A DNA stretch of 63,718 bases, the filler included, from Folioceros fuciformis (taxonomy: Eukaryota), in assembly GCA_049999805.1 (NCBI GenBank). It is 7 parts of 7 records of this genome, joined end to end, with 100 filler letters (N's around TTAATTAATTAA, not from the genome) between each part and the next. Parts side by side here need not be neighbours in the genome. Positions count along the whole stretch, not along the records: positions 57,291 to 63,718 come from JBNGIO010004194.1; 6 more parts are not named here. One strand, given 5' to 3'. Below, piece by piece: positions 62,386-63,718 of the stretch. The position numbers and the translations under genes were made by a program. The notes under the pieces are model-generated. The model was given only the letters and a program-made list of their open reading frames with translations, had not been told where the DNA came from and did no database searches. How positions within the stretch are numbered: position 1 is the stretch's first letter; each line of letters opens with the position of its first letter.

Positions 62386-63718
62386 ACCTTGGCCACCACA
62401 CCATGCTTAAGATCCCACCAGGCATTATGCACCTACATGGCCGGCACCACCACTCGTGCAAAAGCAAGCATAGACAAACTAGAAAGCAAAGTGTGACAAA
62501 AAAAAAAATGAAAGTGTTATGACAAAAATGAGCCCAATAGACTCTCTCCCCCTTATAGGGGATCCCCTCTCTCCTACCTCACCTCTCTTTTGGAAGGAAA
62601 TTACTGTTTTAATAAGATCAACTAAACTAGTGTACCAGTCACTAATTTAGGCTATCCTAGCGTCTAACTTGTTGTCAATATTAAAGATCCAGCCATACCA
62701 CCATCTGACCCTTCTACCACAAGAATCCTCAAACTATTAAACTATTCTACGGTAGTGAACGCCGAACTCATCTTCTCAAATCTTGTGGGCGGCACCTTTG
62801 AAGGTTGTTTCCTTCGCCTTCTCCTTCTACTAACCCATTGTCAATCTTGCCCGTCTCCTAGACAGTCATTGCCATTCCACCTGCAACCACTTCCAACAAT
62901 TCCTACATCAATTGCTCTTGGCCATCTCGCTTGGTAGTCCTTCAGTTCCTCAAATTGACCAAACAGTAGGTTCATTAACCCACAGTCAGTTGGTATACTG
63001 ACTAGAGGTAAGTTAGTTTCTAACCAAGAAAATACAGCATCAGCATTAGTGGGGAGTGGCATGGGTCTACCTCCTACTGGAATGAGATGGTAGATAGACA
63101 ACCAACCCATCTGACCAACAGGTCAGTAAAACTGGTAAGTGTCGATGTAGCCGAAAAATTCCTAAGGTCAGTTGGTTAGTCCTACATCTGCACAATGATG
63201 TGGCACAAGGCCCCTAGGGTTGGTGAGAGCAGTGGGATGAGTAGGCAGAGTGACGAAGAAGGAGAGGGGTTAGTAGCCATAGGTAAGCATGAAAACAATA
63301 CTTCCCACTGCAAAAATAGGGTCAGTAGCAAGGCCCTCGTAGTTGTTGGAACCTGTCATGAGGGTGCCTGGACTATGCTCGAACTGTTGAGCAGGTGGGA
63401 AAGGTAAAATTAGAATTTTCAGCATTAAATCCAGAAAAATAAGAGAGAAAATAGAAAAGAAAAAGAAAAAGGGAAATAAAGGAAAACAAAATAAAAAAGA
63501 TAAAAGGAGAGAAATATGGGATACAGGTATAGGTACGCTAATATGTATAGCTATGGTATGATATCTATGTTATGTAAGAGAATATATACGATAATACGCA
63601 TAATCATGCATATACGGGTATCCATATTTGTTTGAAAATAAATAAAGGGAGAGTGGGGGGTTGAGCACGTGGTCAGGAATCGGGAGAGGAGCGGCGACTT
63701 GCGCACCTGTTAGGAAGA

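Overview
Eukaryotic nuclear DNA from a compact-genome land plant with flagellated sperm. It carries an IFT139/TTC21B gene, short introns and tight gene spacing; a bryophyte such as a hornwort is an inference. The window is not one locus. Seven contigs are joined by artificial N-TTAATTAATTAA-N linkers (about 6545, 18392, 31595, 38007, 50181, 57191), so adjacency across linkers is meaningless. Host genes: IFT139 (5'-partial), HSA32/ComA-like (3'-partial), a ZCCHC9-like zinc-knuckle gene, a SOUL heme-binding protein, a CxCxPTxHxGSFRCRLH serine-rich protein, a ubiquitin-RUB/NEDD8 fusion, OST4 (38 aa, missed by the ORF track), an LRR-VIII-1-type receptor kinase domain, and a truncated RPW8/4-helix-bundle-like gene. 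Mobile DNA: several decayed Ty1/copia elements with short LTRs and a CRE-like non-LTR reverse transcriptase. Most notable observations: (1) a hidden array of four degenerate, intronless CLSY/DRD1-type SNF2 remodeler fragments, of which the three longer copies share the same internal deletion, bracketed by direct repeats; (2) copia elements with extra ORFs, namely a helical ORF between PBS and gag and an antisense 3' ORF (WWP...PLT motifs) that is homologous between two independent elements; (3) one copia whose 3' end appears inverted, with a matching ATTTG target-site duplication. All family assignments are by visual motif recognition; no searches were run.
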